Part shown: in pieces, positions 6,753-15,563 of the stretch
Numbering within the stretch: position 1 is the stretch's first letter
Layout of the letters: every line of letters begins with the position of its first letter
Source of the DNA: a bacterium
Lineage (GTDB): Bacteria > Eisenbacteria > RBG-16-71-46
Reading direction: 5' to 3'
Assembly: GCA_043779265.1 (NCBI GenBank)
Contig: JAYWEM010000139.1
Coordinates: 1-18,228, forward strand
DNA length: 18,228 nucleotides
Position numbers and translations under genes: made by a program
The notes under the pieces: generated by a model
Seen by the model: the letters and a program-made list of their open reading frames with translations, nothing else
The model's database searches: none
What the model was told of the DNA's origin: nothing

Positions 6753-7238
6753 ATGAAGTGCACGCAGTGCGGGGCCGCGATGAAGGCGCGCAAGGAGAAC
6801 CACCGCTACGACGAGTGCGGCCTCAAGCACGTCACGTTGGTGGGCGTGCAGGTCAGTCGCTGCCCCAAGTGCGGCGACCACGAGATCTCGATCCCCCGGA
6901 TCGAGGGGCTGCACCGATTGATCGCCCGCGTTCTGATCGACAAGGCGACCCGGTTCACCGGCGACGAGGTCCGCTTCCTCCGAAAGAACCTCGGCTGGTC
7001 GGGATCGGACTTCGCCAAGCACATGGGTGTGGCCGATGAGACCGTCTCACGCTGGGAGAACGACGCAGCCCCGATCGGCCCGCAGGCCGATCGTCTGCTC
7101 CGCCTGATGGTCGCCCAAGGCAGGCTCACGACGAGCTATCCCGCCGAGCGCCTGACGCGGATCGACGCCCGCAAGGCGAAGGTCACGCGCCTCCAAGTGG
7201 AGTCACGACACGACCAGTGGGAGCTGTCGGCATCGTGA
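6753..7238 (+). CDS. MqsA-family antitoxin-like protein (YgiT-type zinc finger plus XRE HTH)
   Basis: MKCTQCG...CPKCGD zinc finger; HTH EVRFLRKNLGWSGSDFAKHMGVADETVSRWEND; RBS GGAGG upstream of ATG 6753. Confidence 0.88.
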   Translation: MKCTQCGAAMKARKENHRYDECGLKHVTLVGVQVSRCPKCGDHEISIPRIEGLHRLIARVLIDKATRFTGDEVRFLRKNLGWSGSDFAKHMGVADETVSRWENDAAPIGPQADRLLRLMVAQGRLTTSYPAERLTRIDARKAKVTRLQVESRHDQWELSAS

Positions 7239-7311
7239 AGGAGGCCCGCATGTCCTCGTCCAGGGCGATCCTCCCTCGCCGCGGCTGACGGGTCTCGCCC
7301 ATAGGCACCCC

Positions 7312-10300
7312 ATGCCCTTCACTCCCCTTCGCGTCCGCTCGCACGGCACCCTCCTCGCAGGCGTCGCCTCGCCCGAGGCGCTCGCCGAACGCGCCGCCGA
7401 ACTCGGCCACTCGGCGCTCGCGCTGACCGATCGCGACAACCTCTATCTGTCGATTCGCTTCCTCACCGCGTGTGCCGCCACGGGGCTCCAGGCGCTGCCG
7501 GGCGCCGAACTCACGGCACGCGATGCCGCCCCCGGCGAGTCGGTGCCGCGCGTGCTGCTGCTGGCGTTCGATCGCCGCGGCTGGGCCACGCTGTGCGCGC
7601 TCCTCACGGCGCGCCATCTCGAGGCCGACTTCGACCTGGTGCCCGCGCTCGGCGCCTCACACGCGGGGCTGCATGTGATCGCCGAGTCGGTGACGCTCGC
7701 CGCAGCGCTGCTCGCCGCGGGCGTCCCGGCCGCCATGCGCAGCGCCGATGCGTCGCACCGCCCGCTCACGCATCGAGGCGGGTTGTGGCTCGGGGTGCGC
7801 GGCATCGCGGCCGAACGCGCCGGGCTGCGCGATCGCTTGGCCGCGGCGTGGCGGCTCGGCGTGCCGGCGGTCGCGACGGGCGATGTGTGCCTGCTGGTGC
7901 CGGGCGATCACGAGGCGCACCGCGTCGCGGTCACCGCGGCGGCGGGCGAGCGCCTGGAGCGCATGCCGCCCACGGCGTTCGCCTCCCGTGAGGCATGGCT
8001 CGCCTCGCCCGCCGAATGGACGCGCCGCATCCGCGCCATGTGCGCCGCGGCCGGCTGCGCCGAGGCGGCCGATGGGCTGCTCGCCGAGAACGAGGCGCTG
8101 GTCTCGCGCAGCCGCTTCGAACTCGAACTGGGCTCGCCCATCTTCCCGCACGCGCCGCTGCCGCAGGGCGTCACGCCGGTGGCCGAACTGCGGCGACAGG
8201 CCGAAGCGGGACTCGCGCGGCGATTCCCGGCGAGTCGCGCACTCTCGGTGCGCGGCGCCGCGCGCGCGCGCCTCGAATCCGAACTGGCGCTGATCGCGCA
8301 CATGGGGTTCACCGACTACTTCCTGCTGGTGGCCTCGATCGTCGGGTTCGCGAGAGAGCGCGGCATCCCCACGGTGGGCCGCGGTTCGGGCGCCAGCAGC
8401 ATCGTCGCCTACGCGCTCGGGGTGACCAACGTGGACCCGATCCGCTACGGGCTCTGCTTCGAGCGGTTCCTGCATCCGCAGCGGCGCGACTGCCCCGACC
8501 TCGACATCGACCTGTGCTGGCAGCGCCGCGACGAGGTGATCGCGTTCGTCTACGAGGCCTACGGCCACGACCGCGTCGCGATGATCTCCACGCACAGCAC
8601 GCTGGGCGCGCGCTCGGCGTTTCGAGAGACCGCCAAGGTGCTGGGCCTGCCGCTGCCGCGCGTCAACCAACTGGCGCGGCGCGTGCCACGGGACCTTTCG
8701 GCGAGCGCGCTCGAGGACGCGCTCTCGGGCCGCACGCCGCACGCGCTGGGCCCCGAGTTCGCCGAGCCGCGCGTGCGAGAGGCGCTGCGGTTGGCCGCTC
8801 GCCTGGCCGGTGCGCCGCGCCACTTGTCGGTGCACTGCGGCGGACTGGTGATCGCCGATCGGCCACTCACCCACTACCTGCCGTTGGAGCGCAGCGCCAA
8901 GGGCGTGGTGGTGTCGCAGTTCGAGATGCGCGCGGTCGAGGCGATCGGGCTCGTGAAGATGGACCTGCTCGGCAACCGCGCGCTGAGCACGATCGGCGAG
9001 TGCGTCTCGCTCGCCGCGCACGACGCCGATTCGGCGGCGGCGGGGCACGATGCGCGCGGCACACCGCTGCCCTCGCCCGACGACATCCCCGAGGACGACG
9101 CGGTCACCGCGGCCGCGGTGGCGCGCGGCGACACGCTCAACACGTTCCAGCTCGAGTCGCCCGCCATGCGCAACCTGCTGCGCATGCTGCGCGCGTCCAC
9201 GTTGGACGAGACGGTGGCGGCGGTGGCGCTGGTGCGGCCGGGCCCCGCCGAGTCCGGGATGAAAGAGGCGTTCTGCCGCCGGCACCGAGGTCTCGAGCCC
9301 GATCGCTTCGCGCACGAACGCCTGCGCGCGCCGCTCGCCGACACGCACGGGCTGCTCCTTTATGAAGAGGACTGCATGCGCGTGATGCACGCGCTGTGCG
9401 GCATGCCGCTGGCCGAGGGCGAAACCCTGCGGCGCGCCATCGGCAAGGCCAAGGACGACGACGAGCGCGCGTTCCTGGAGCGCGGGTTCCTGGCGCAGGC
9501 ACGCGGCGCGGGCGTCGATGAGCCGAGTGCGCGCGCCGTGTGGCGCGAGCTGCTGCGGTTCGCCGCGTACGCGTTCTGCAAGGCGCACGCGGCCGGCTAC
9601 GGCGCGTTGGGCTGGCAGAGCGCCTACTACCGCGCGCGCTTCCCCGCCGCATGGGCGGTGGGCATGCTGCACCACCACGCCGGCATGTACCCGACGTGGG
9701 TGCACGTCGAGGACCTGCGCCAGGGCGCGGTCGATCGCGCGCCCGTCACGTTCCACGCGCCGTGCGTGCAGCGCTCGCGGTGGTCGAGCGCGCTCGAAGG
9801 CGCCGCGGTGCGCGTGGGGCTGCACCGCGTGGCGGGGCTGGCGCATGCGACCGGCGAGCGCCTGGTGGCGGCGCGCGCTGAGCGTGCGTTCGCGAGCCTC
9901 GCCGATCTGGCCGACCGCGTGCGGCCGACGCCGCCCGAGCTGGAGGCGCTGATCCTCGCGGGCGCACTCGATACGCTGCCCGCCGCGCCGACGCGAGCGA
10001 GCCTGCTGCTCGAGGCGCGCGTGCACGCCGCGATCGAGTCCTCGGCCGGCGGCCGCGCGAGACGCGCACTCGGCGCCGCCGCGCCGGCATTGGTCGCCGC
10101 CGATGGCGCGAGGCTCGCGCCCGCCGAGGCGGCGCCCCGCCCGGGCGGCGAGGCGCTGCCTCAGTTGGCCGAGCTGCCGCTCGCCGATCGCGTGCGCGGC
10201 GAGTTCCGCGCCACGGGCCTGTGGTTCTCGGGTCACCCGCTCGAGGTGCTGGCACCCGCGCTCTCGCACGTGGGCACCACGCCCGCCGCCGAAGTCGAGC

Positions 10301-10695
10301 GCCATGCCGGCCGCCGCATCGCGGTGGTCGGGCTGCCGTGCGCCGCACGCCGCGTCGAGGCCAAGCGAGGCGGCATGGTCCTGTTCACCACGCTCGCCGA
10401 TCGCACGGGGCTCGTCGAGTGCGTGCTGTTCCCCGACGCCTACGCGCGGTTCGCACCCGCGATGCGCGCCGAGATCGTGCGCGCCGAGGGGCGGCTCGAC
10501 GACAAGCTCGGCGCGTTCACGCTGGTCGTCGATCGCGCCGAGGGCGCCGGCGCCGCCGCATCGAGCGACACGCACTGGGGCGCATGGGGCGACGCGGGGC
10601 CGGCGTCGGCCTACCGAGACGAGCGCCCGATGGGACCGGTCGAGCCGCACCCGGGCTCTCGCAACCGCGCGCCGAGAGCGGCGCCGGCGGCTTGA
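7312..10695 (+). CDS. dnaE2: DNA polymerase III alpha paralogue, probable error-prone DnaE2-like
   Basis: PHP domain (ALTDRDNL), GRGSGASS, FERFLHPQR..PDLDID, KMDLLG, RPGP, FCKAHA and a C-terminal OB fold (TLADRTGLVECVLF). Degenerate PHP ligands and clustering with dinB indicate a non-replicative copy. Confidence 0.9.
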   Translation: MPFTPLRVRSHGTLLAGVASPEALAERAAELGHSALALTDRDNLYLSIRFLTACAATGLQALPGAELTARDAAPGESVPRVLLLAFDRRGWATLCALLTARHLEADFDLVPALGASHAGLHVIAESVTLAAALLAAGVPAAMRSADASHRPLTHRGGLWLGVRGIAAERAGLRDRLAAAWRLGVPAVATGDVCLLVPGDHEAHRVAVTAAAGERLERMPPTAFASREAWLASPAEWTRRIRAMCAAAGCAEAADGLLAENEALVSRSRFELELGSPIFPHAPLPQGVTPVAELRRQAEAGLARRFPASRALSVRGAARARLESELALIAHMGFTDYFLLVASIVGFARERGIPTVGRGSGASSIVAYALGVTNVDPIRYGLCFERFLHPQRRDCPDLDIDLCWQRRDEVIAFVYEAYGHDRVAMISTHSTLGARSAFRETAKVLGLPLPRVNQLARRVPRDLSASALEDALSGRTPHALGPEFAEPRVREALRLAARLAGAPRHLSVHCGGLVIADRPLTHYLPLERSAKGVVVSQFEMRAVEAIGLVKMDLLGNRALSTIGECVSLAAHDADSAAAGHDARGTPLPSPDDIPEDDAVTAAAVARGDTLNTFQLESPAMRNLLRMLRASTLDETVAAVALVRPGPAESGMKEAFCRRHRGLEPDRFAHERLRAPLADTHGLLLYEEDCMRVMHALCGMPLAEGETLRRAIGKAKDDDERAFLERGFLAQARGAGVDEPSARAVWRELLRFAAYAFCKAHAAGYGALGWQSAYYRARFPAAWAVGMLHHHAGMYPTWVHVEDLRQGAVDRAPVTFHAPCVQRSRWSSALEGAAVRVGLHRVAGLAHATGERLVAARAERAFASLADLADRVRPTPPELEALILAGALDTLPAAPTRASLLLEARVHAAIESSAGGRARRALGAAAPALVAADGARLAPAEAAPRPGGEALPQLAELPLADRVRGEFRATGLWFSGHPLEVLAPALSHVGTTPAAEVERHAGRRIAVVGLPCAARRVEAKRGGMVLFTTLADRTGLVECVLFPDAYARFAPAMRAEIVRAEGRLDDKLGAFTLVVDRAEGAGAAASSDTHWGAWGDAGPASAYRDERPMGPVEPHPGSRNRAPRAAPAA

Positions 10696-10714
10696 GCAGG
10701 GCGCGCGAACCCGC

Positions 10715-11671
10715 TCAGCTCTCGCTCGGCGCCTTCTTCAACGACAGCGCGTTGATGCAGTAGCGCAGCCCGGTCGGCGGCGGACCGTCGGGGAACACGT
10801 GCCCCAGGTGCGCATCGCACACGTGGCAGGTCGCCTCCACGCGCTCCATGCCGTGGCTGTCGTCGAGCACATGCGCCACGACGCCCGGCGTGAGCGGCGC
10901 CGTGAAGCTCGGCCAACCCGAGCCACTGTCGAACTTGGTGGTCGCATCGAACAACAGCGTGTCGCAACAGGCGCACTGGTAGAGACCGGGCTCGAACAGC
11001 GAGCACAGGTCCGAGCTGAACTGCTGCTCGGTGCCGTGCAGACGGGTGACGCGGAACTGGTCGGGCGTGAGCAGCGCCCGCCACTCGTCGTCGGACTTCT
11101 CGACGCGCCGAGGCGGCGCGATGTCACCGTGCCGTGCCCACTCGAGAACGGTCGCCCAGCGAAGTGGCGCGGTGCCGCTGTCCGGGCTTGCGGCAGGCAC
11201 CACGGCACCCAACAGCTCGATCGCCCGCTCGACGTCGATGCGGAAGTCCGAGTGGATCACGCGGCCCGCGGGGTCGATCACGATGAACCAAGGCGTGCCC
11301 TGCGTGCGGTAGTCGTGCATCACGGTGGGCATGCCATCGAGGCCGCCATCGTGGCCGAACGGGATGCGAAGACGATAGCGCTCCTGCGTCTCGCGCAGCC
11401 GCTCGGGCGTGTTCTCCTCGGCGCCCTCGAACACCGTCTGCACCACCGCGAAGCCGACGCCGCGCGGCGACAGCGCCTGCACCAGCTGGACGAGCGCCGG
11501 GAATCCGCTCTCGTGGCAGCCCGCGCACCAGTGCTGGAAGCAGTAGAGCACCTTGTAGCCCGTGCCCAGTTCGGCGAGCGTGAGCGCGGCGCGCGAGCGC
11601 CCTTCGCCGTCGATCCAATGTGGGACGCGCAGCTCCGGGGCCATGCCAGCCGTGAGCGTGGAATGGGACAT
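10715..11671 (-). CDS. msrB: Redoxin/thioredoxin-like domain fused to peptide-methionine (R)-S-oxide reductase MsrB
   Basis: N-terminal FQHWCAGCHESGFP...QGTPWFIVIDPAG. C-terminal GTEQQFS, CACC, KFDSGSGWPSF, CHVCDAHLGHVFPDGPPPTGLRYCIN. Confidence 0.9.
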   Translation of the reverse strand: MSHSTLTAGMAPELRVPHWIDGEGRSRAALTLAELGTGYKVLYCFQHWCAGCHESGFPALVQLVQALSPRGVGFAVVQTVFEGAEENTPERLRETQERYRLRIPFGHDGGLDGMPTVMHDYRTQGTPWFIVIDPAGRVIHSDFRIDVERAIELLGAVVPAASPDSGTAPLRWATVLEWARHGDIAPPRRVEKSDDEWRALLTPDQFRVTRLHGTEQQFSSDLCSLFEPGLYQCACCDTLLFDATTKFDSGSGWPSFTAPLTPGVVAHVLDDSHGMERVEATCHVCDAHLGHVFPDGPPPTGLRYCINALSLKKAPSES

Positions 11672-11707
11672 GCGAGGCTCCTTTCACTCCGGGGGGTGGT
11701 GCGAGTC

Positions 11708-11733
11708 TACGACGCGGGCGCCACAAGTGTGAC
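11708..11733 (-). promoter_or_regulatory. Possible ECF sigma-factor promoter GTCACA-N16-CGTA
   Basis: Located 36 nt upstream of the redoxin-msrB start; resembles the TGTCACA-N16-CGTC type of ECF promoter. Confidence 0.4.
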
Positions 11734-11741
11734 GCGCTGCG

Positions 11742-12764
11742 CTACCTCGCGTACGGGCTCACCTGCACGCCCGCGGCCTCTTCGGCGGCATCCGCCCACT
11801 CGCGCACGATCAGGCCCGCGGGGTCGATCGAGTGGATCGCATCGACGCTCTTGCCCGCCTGCCAGAACTCGCCGCGGCCCTTCGCCACGCGCAGTGACTT
11901 CTTGAGCTTGGTCAGCGAGCCCAGCGCGAAGATCGTGCGCATCAGATGTTTGGTGCGCGGCTGCTTCAGCATCCAGCGCTCGAACGCGTTGGCCTTGAGG
12001 CCCAGGCGGCGCACCGAGGGCGAATCGAGCACGGCCACCGGCACGCCGGTGATGCGCTCGGTCATCACCACGTCGCGCGCGCGCGCATCGAGCAGCGCCT
12101 GCTTGTAGTCGGCGCTCGCCGAGCACTCGGGCGTGGCGATGAACCGCGTGCCGCACTGGACACCCGCATAGCCCATGGCGAGCGCATCGATGAACCCGCT
12201 CGCATCGCCGACGCCGCCCGCGCATACGACCGGCAGGTTGAAGGGCGCGAGTTCATCGAGCAGCGCGCGCGGCTCGCGCGGTCCGGCATGGCCCCCGGCG
12301 CGCACGTTCACCGCGATCAATCCATCGGCGCCGCCGTCACGGGCCTTGGCGGCCCACTTGGCTTCGGTCACGTCGTGGTACACCACACCGCCCACGGCAT
12401 GCGCCTTCTCGGCCACCCAGCGAGGATCGCCCAACGAGGTGACGAAGAACCGCACGCCCTCTTCCAGCGCGATGTCCACCCAGGCGCGCATCTGGTCCAG
12501 GTAGCGCTTGGACGACTTCTCGATCAGCGCATTGAAGCCGATGGGCTTGTCGGTCTGCGAGCGGATGAGCTTGAGCCCCTCGCGGAAGTCATGCCCCAGC
12601 ACGAACGTCAGCGTGAGCGGCTGCACCACGCCGATGCCGCCGGCCTCCGACACCGCCGCCACCAGTTCGGGATCGCTGCACGGGTACATCGGGCCGCAGA
12701 TGAGCGGCACCGCGATGCCCGCATGCCGCGTGAGCGGCGTGTCGAGCGGACTCGCCGGGCTCAC
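11742..12764 (-). CDS. Nitronate monooxygenase / FabK-like flavin oxidoreductase
   Basis: PLICGPM, LVAAVSEAGGIG, AGGHAG, PVVCAGGVGD, GVQCGTRFIATPEC, WQAGKSV. Confidence 0.9.
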   Translation of the reverse strand: MSPASPLDTPLTRHAGIAVPLICGPMYPCSDPELVAAVSEAGGIGVVQPLTLTFVLGHDFREGLKLIRSQTDKPIGFNALIEKSSKRYLDQMRAWVDIALEEGVRFFVTSLGDPRWVAEKAHAVGGVVYHDVTEAKWAAKARDGGADGLIAVNVRAGGHAGPREPRALLDELAPFNLPVVCAGGVGDASGFIDALAMGYAGVQCGTRFIATPECSASADYKQALLDARARDVVMTERITGVPVAVLDSPSVRRLGLKANAFERWMLKQPRTKHLMRTIFALGSLTKLKKSLRVAKGRGEFWQAGKSVDAIHSIDPAGLIVREWADAAEEAAGVQVSPYAR

Positions 12765-13234
12765 GCCCGCACGTCCAGGCGCCAGTGCACGTGGATGCGC
12801 GCGACGACATCGTTCGAGCGGTCGGTCAGCGTCGCCACGACGAGGTGGTCGGTCGGGCCGGTCACGCTGGGCACCGTGACGCGCGCCTCGGCGGTGATGC
12901 GGCCGCGCGCCTTCTTCACGAACTCCACCTCGATGCGCGTCACGATGCTGCGCAGCGACGCTGGCAGCGCGGCGATCATCGAGATGCCGCTCGTCAGCTC
13001 GCCCAGGTTGGTGAGCGCCACCGCGTGCACCGAGCCCAGGTGATTGCGATTGCCGCGGCGGTCCGACATCGAGACGCGCGCATGGCCCGGCTCCAGCAGC
13101 TCGACGCGCGGCCCGACGCTGGCGCTGTAGGGCACCATGCGGCTGATGACCAGCGCGAACAGGTGGCTGCCGAGCGGCAGACCACTACAGATTCGCCACA
13201 CCGAGAGCAGTTGCTGGGCCGCGTCACGCGCCAT
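12761..13234 (-). CDS. Hot-dog fold thioesterase (PaaI/DUF4442-like)
   Basis: NRNHLGSVHAVAL..LGELTSG and IEVEFVKKARG; 4-nt overlap with the downstream gene. Confidence 0.85.
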   Translation of the reverse strand: MARDAAQQLLSVWRICSGLPLGSHLFALVISRMVPYSASVGPRVELLEPGHARVSMSDRRGNRNHLGSVHAVALTNLGELTSGISMIAALPASLRSIVTRIEVEFVKKARGRITAEARVTVPSVTGPTDHLVVATLTDRSNDVVARIHVHWRLDVRA

Positions 13235-13261
13235 GGATCTGCTCCCCGCTCGTCGCCGCGA

Positions 13262-13831
13262 TCACAGACCCAGCTCGTCGGACTGCGCCTGCAGCGCCGC
13301 CAGCACGAACGCGATGTGGGCGTCGAGCTCCACGCCCAGTTCGGCGGCACCCGTCACGATGTCGTCCCGGTTCACGTTGCGGGCGAACCCGGCGCTCTTC
13401 ATCTTCTTCCTCACCGACGGCACCTCGACCGACGCGAGCTTGCGATCGGGCTGCACCAGCGCGCACGCGGTGAGTAGACCGCACAGCTCATCGCAGGCGA
13501 ACAGGGCTTTCGCCATGCGCGACTCGCGCGCGGTGCCGGTGTGCGGCGCGTGCCCCAGCACCGCCGTCAGCACGTCGTCGGGCCAGCCGAGCGTGCGCAG
13601 GTGCGCGACGCCTCGGACCGGGTGGCGCTCCAGATCGGGGTGACGCTCCCAGTCGAAGTCGTGGATCAGACCCGCCAGCCCCCAGCGCGCCTCGTCTTCG
13701 CCCAAGTGACGGGCATAGGCGCGCATCGCCATCTCGACCGAGAGCGCGTGCTTGCGCAGGTTCGGGTTCTCGACCCACTCGTGCAGCAGCGCGAGCGCCT
13801 GCTCGCGGGTCGGCAGCGTTCCCGTGGTCAC
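13262..13831 (-). CDS. HD (HDIG) domain metal-dependent phosphohydrolase
   Basis: LRKHALSVE, GLIHDFD, ALFACDELCG, KKMKSAGFARNVNR. Start taken as GTG 13831, just after the ferredoxin stop. Confidence 0.87.
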   Translation of the reverse strand: MTTGTLPTREQALALLHEWVENPNLRKHALSVEMAMRAYARHLGEDEARWGLAGLIHDFDWERHPDLERHPVRGVAHLRTLGWPDDVLTAVLGHAPHTGTARESRMAKALFACDELCGLLTACALVQPDRKLASVEVPSVRKKMKSAGFARNVNRDDIVTGAAELGVELDAHIAFVLAALQAQSDELGL

Positions 13832-13838
13832 GCGAGTG

Positions 13839-14075
13839 TCACTTGTCGAAGTGGACGCGGTTCTTCTCGGTGAAGCTCGACCACTTCTCGGGCACGCCGT
13901 TGTCCGGGAAGATCGCCTGCACCGGGCACGCGGCCTCGCACGCCTGGCAGTCGATGCACTCATCGGGGTGGATGTAGAACTGGTCCTCCCCCTCGTAGAT
14001 GCAGTTGACCGGGCAGACTTCGACGCAGGACTTGTCCTTCACCCCGATACAGGGTTCGGCGATGACGAACGGCAT
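13839..14075 (-). CDS. Dicluster ferredoxin (FdxA / 7Fe-type)
   Basis: MPFVIAEPCIGVKDKSCVEVCPVNCI...CIDCQACEAACPVQAI; RBS GGAGG. Confidence 0.93.
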   Translation of the reverse strand: MPFVIAEPCIGVKDKSCVEVCPVNCIYEGEDQFYIHPDECIDCQACEAACPVQAIFPDNGVPEKWSSFTEKNRVHFDK

Positions 14076-14189
14076 GGGGGGTTCCTCCGGGCAAGGTGGC
14101 GATGGCCGTGGGCTACGGGCCAAGGGCTGTTCTCGATGCGGTCGCCGCCAGTCTAAGGTGGGCTCCCGGCAGCGGCAAGACTCACCCGT

Positions 14190-15554
14190 TCATCGGCCGG
14201 CGCCCGCCGAGGCTGCAGCGGCAGCCGCGCGGCCGTGCGCGGGCATCATGCGCACGGCCAGTTCGCCCTGGCGGGCGTAGTCGATGGCCTCGCCCAGGAT
14301 GCGGGCGGCCTCCTGGGGCGCGTGGAACCCCATCGAGTTCTCGGCGTTGATGAAGTCGATCCGCCACTGCGCCTTGCGCTGCAGCGCGTGCACGCCGGCC
14401 CGGCTGAGAGCCGCACTGTCGGCGCCGGCCTTGCGCGCGTCCTTCACGGCGTCGAACAGCCCGATCAGCGCATCCTCGGCGCGCAGCAACAGCTTCTTGT
14501 TGCGGCTCTGGATCTGCTCGGCGCGCTGCTTCATCTCCTCGGCCGGGAACGCATGGCATCCGAGGCAGGCGCGATCGACATTCAGGAGTGGGCTGCGGAT
14601 GTGGTGATCGCTGATCTTGACCGCGCCGTCTCGCATGTACGGCATATGGCAGTCGGCGCACGCCACACCACTTCGCGCATGGATGCCCTGGCTCCACAGC
14701 TCGAACTCGGGATGTTGCGCCTTGAGCACCGGGGCGCGGGTCTCGGCGTGCGTCCAGTCGGCGAACCCGATGCTGTCGTAGTGCGCCTCGAGGTTCTCCA
14801 TCTTGAGGCCGCGGAACCACGGGTAGGTGACCACCTTGTCGGGCTTGCGGAAGTAGTACTCGACGTGGCACTGGCCGCAGACGTAGCTGCGCATCTCCTG
14901 CCGCGTTGCGTCTCGATTGGGATCGTAGTCGGCGATGCCTTCTGAGGCCTTGAGAGCGGCGATGCCCTTGATGAAGCCCGGGCGCGTCACGCGCAGCGCC
15001 ATGCTCGTCGGGTCGTGGCAGTCGATGCAGGCGACCGGGTGCTCCACCAGCTCGCGCGCCTCCGCCCACGGCTTGGCGCTCACGATCTCGAAGCCCTTCA
15101 TCACATCGCCGCCGCCCGCCTTGCGGTACGCCGGGATGATCGACGCGTGGCAGTGCAGGCACGAGCCCGGCTGCTTGAACTCATGGATGCGGCGCGTCTC
15201 GTCCTGGTCGAGGAGCGTGTAGGCGTGGCCGCGCTCCTCCTTGAACTCCACGCCGAACGCGTAGCCCGAGAAGATGCGCAGCAGCCGCGGATCGTCCTCG
15301 AGACGCGAGAACGCCTCGCTGCCGCCATAGCGTGTGCGTTCCATGTCGACGGTGCGCTTGTAGCCGTCGTACTGACGCGGGAACACCTTGCCCCACTCGG
15401 CGGGGTCCACTGTGTCCTCGGTCAGCGAGGCGAGCGGCACGTAGGCGCGCGAGCCCTCGGCCTTGCGGTCGCGGATGTTCACGAGCAGCGCCGCGATGCC
15501 GAAGGCCACGGCAGCCGTCAGGGCGATGAGGCCGATGAGCATGGGTCTCGACAT
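14190..15554 (-). CDS. nrfA: Ammonia-forming cytochrome c nitrite reductase c552 (CxxCH variant at heme 1)
   Basis: Five heme motifs (CLHCH, CIDCH, CGQCH, CADCH, CLGCH); EERGH, CHVEYYF, KAQHPEFE, AENSMGFHAP; N-terminal hydrophobic anchor. Confidence 0.95.
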   Translation of the reverse strand: MSRPMLIGLIALTAAVAFGIAALLVNIRDRKAEGSRAYVPLASLTEDTVDPAEWGKVFPRQYDGYKRTVDMERTRYGGSEAFSRLEDDPRLLRIFSGYAFGVEFKEERGHAYTLLDQDETRRIHEFKQPGSCLHCHASIIPAYRKAGGGDVMKGFEIVSAKPWAEARELVEHPVACIDCHDPTSMALRVTRPGFIKGIAALKASEGIADYDPNRDATRQEMRSYVCGQCHVEYYFRKPDKVVTYPWFRGLKMENLEAHYDSIGFADWTHAETRAPVLKAQHPEFELWSQGIHARSGVACADCHMPYMRDGAVKISDHHIRSPLLNVDRACLGCHAFPAEEMKQRAEQIQSRNKKLLLRAEDALIGLFDAVKDARKAGADSAALSRAGVHALQRKAQWRIDFINAENSMGFHAPQEAARILGEAIDYARQGELAVRMMPAHGRAAAAAASAGAGR

Positions 15555-15563
15555 GGCGGTCTC

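Noticed and set aside
7657..10650. 997-aa antisense ORF and other long shadow ORFs (2063-3004, 5418-6671, 10103-11905, 16169-17731)
   Set aside because: They mirror well-supported genes; long stop-free antisense frames are expected at this GC content.
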